Source of the DNA: Octopus sinensis
Lineage: Eukaryota
DNA: 64,000 bases
Direction of reading: 5' to 3'
Assembly: GCF_006345805.1 (NCBI RefSeq)
Contig: NC_043015.1
Location: forward strand, 25,358,001-25,422,000
The notes below the pieces were generated by a model that saw only the letters and a program-made list of their open reading frames with translations, was not told the origin of the DNA and did not search any database. Made by a program: the position numbers and the translations under genes. Positions 63,030 to 64,000 of the stretch are shown piece after piece (the first letter of the stretch is position 1; the number at the start of each line of letters is the position of its first letter).

Positions 63030-64000
63030 AGTAATCCCATTCACACCAATTATATGTATACAATTATACACACTTGAATAATACATACTAGCCCTAATAT
63101 ACTGAACATACTAATAATCACCAACTAACCACCATCACAAATGAAACCCACACCCATACTATGACAAAACTCCCCCATACCCTATTTACACCTACATAGT
63201 AATCCCAATATATTCTTCCATACATGGACGCAAGTGCGTGAAGCACATGTACATAATTAGTACGTACAACCCCTAATACACACTAATATATACGTATCAA
63301 GCTCGACCTCCACAGTGATAAGTTTACACACAATCACACCCAGATGGGTGAATTGCACAACCAGTGAATGCTCACACATACGGGCGCGATTACATTGTTG
63401 CATATATCGAGCCAAAATAGTATGCATATGTACATGTGAGGGGTACACGTAAATGAAGTGAGCGTGTACCCCCTGTATTTATACCGTGCGTGAATATACA
63501 CATGGAGACTACCACACAGGTACAAATGTGTTTAGAAATGGGAACCCCATCATTACACTTAATGTATACTCTCACCCATCCGCACGGATGTGTAAGTGTA
63601 TCTCCGGTGTATATGTTGAGGCTTATATGTAGAGTTGTTGAAGTGAACGTCGTTGAAATTGTGAATGAATGGGTAGAGTTGGGAATTGTAACCGGGTGGT
63701 GGACTAGTGTTGCTTGGAATTGTGAATGGATTAGGGTGGTAATGAGGTAGTTATTGAGTATGGGTTACTGTAAGTTGTTTGTTAGAGTTGCTAGGGTGAG
63801 CTAAAGCTCATAATGTATATAATTGATTTTTCATGATAGTTTTTAAAGAATCCATTCATAATAAATTTTTTTTTAAGTAGCGTTGGTTTGCTACGTGGAA
63901 ATAGTTTTTAGTTCCATTTATTATATTTCTCCATTCATACTATGAATGACGTTTACTTTCTATGGCGCGTATTCTTTTTTACATTAGTTATTTCCATGGT

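Overview
Eukaryotic, AT-rich, microsatellite-dense genomic DNA. The repeat families and simple-repeat load look like an octopus/coleoid cephalopod genome (inferred from pattern recognition, not a search). The window is mostly intronic and packed with transposons. Near-full-length non-LTR retrotransposons: two RTE-clade LINEs of different families (259-4440 and 54698-58656, both minus), an R4/Dong-clade element inserted in (TAA)n (13053-17045, minus), and a Tx1/L1-clade ORF2 element (39599-43470, plus). Also present: a Penelope-like GIY-YIG fragment, two near-identical non-autonomous Helitrons in inverted orientation, mariner/Tc1 remnants and many SINEs. The only host coding sequence I can support is one 159-nt minus-strand exon (45645-45803) resembling CCDC39. 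Strongest leads: (1) a structured ~190-nt 5' head shared by both RTE families and by a 560-bp head+tail non-autonomous derivative; (2) a SINE with a Tx1-like 3' tail inserted, with a TSD, inside a Tx1 LINE; (3) a pri-miRNA-shaped hairpin near the CCDC39-like exon; (4) the inverted Helitron pair as a possible long-dsRNA substrate; (5) a (TAA)n-seeded nest of insertions. Most short ORFs in the track are microsatellite artefacts. Repeat boundaries were set by eye and are approximate unless a motif is quoted.
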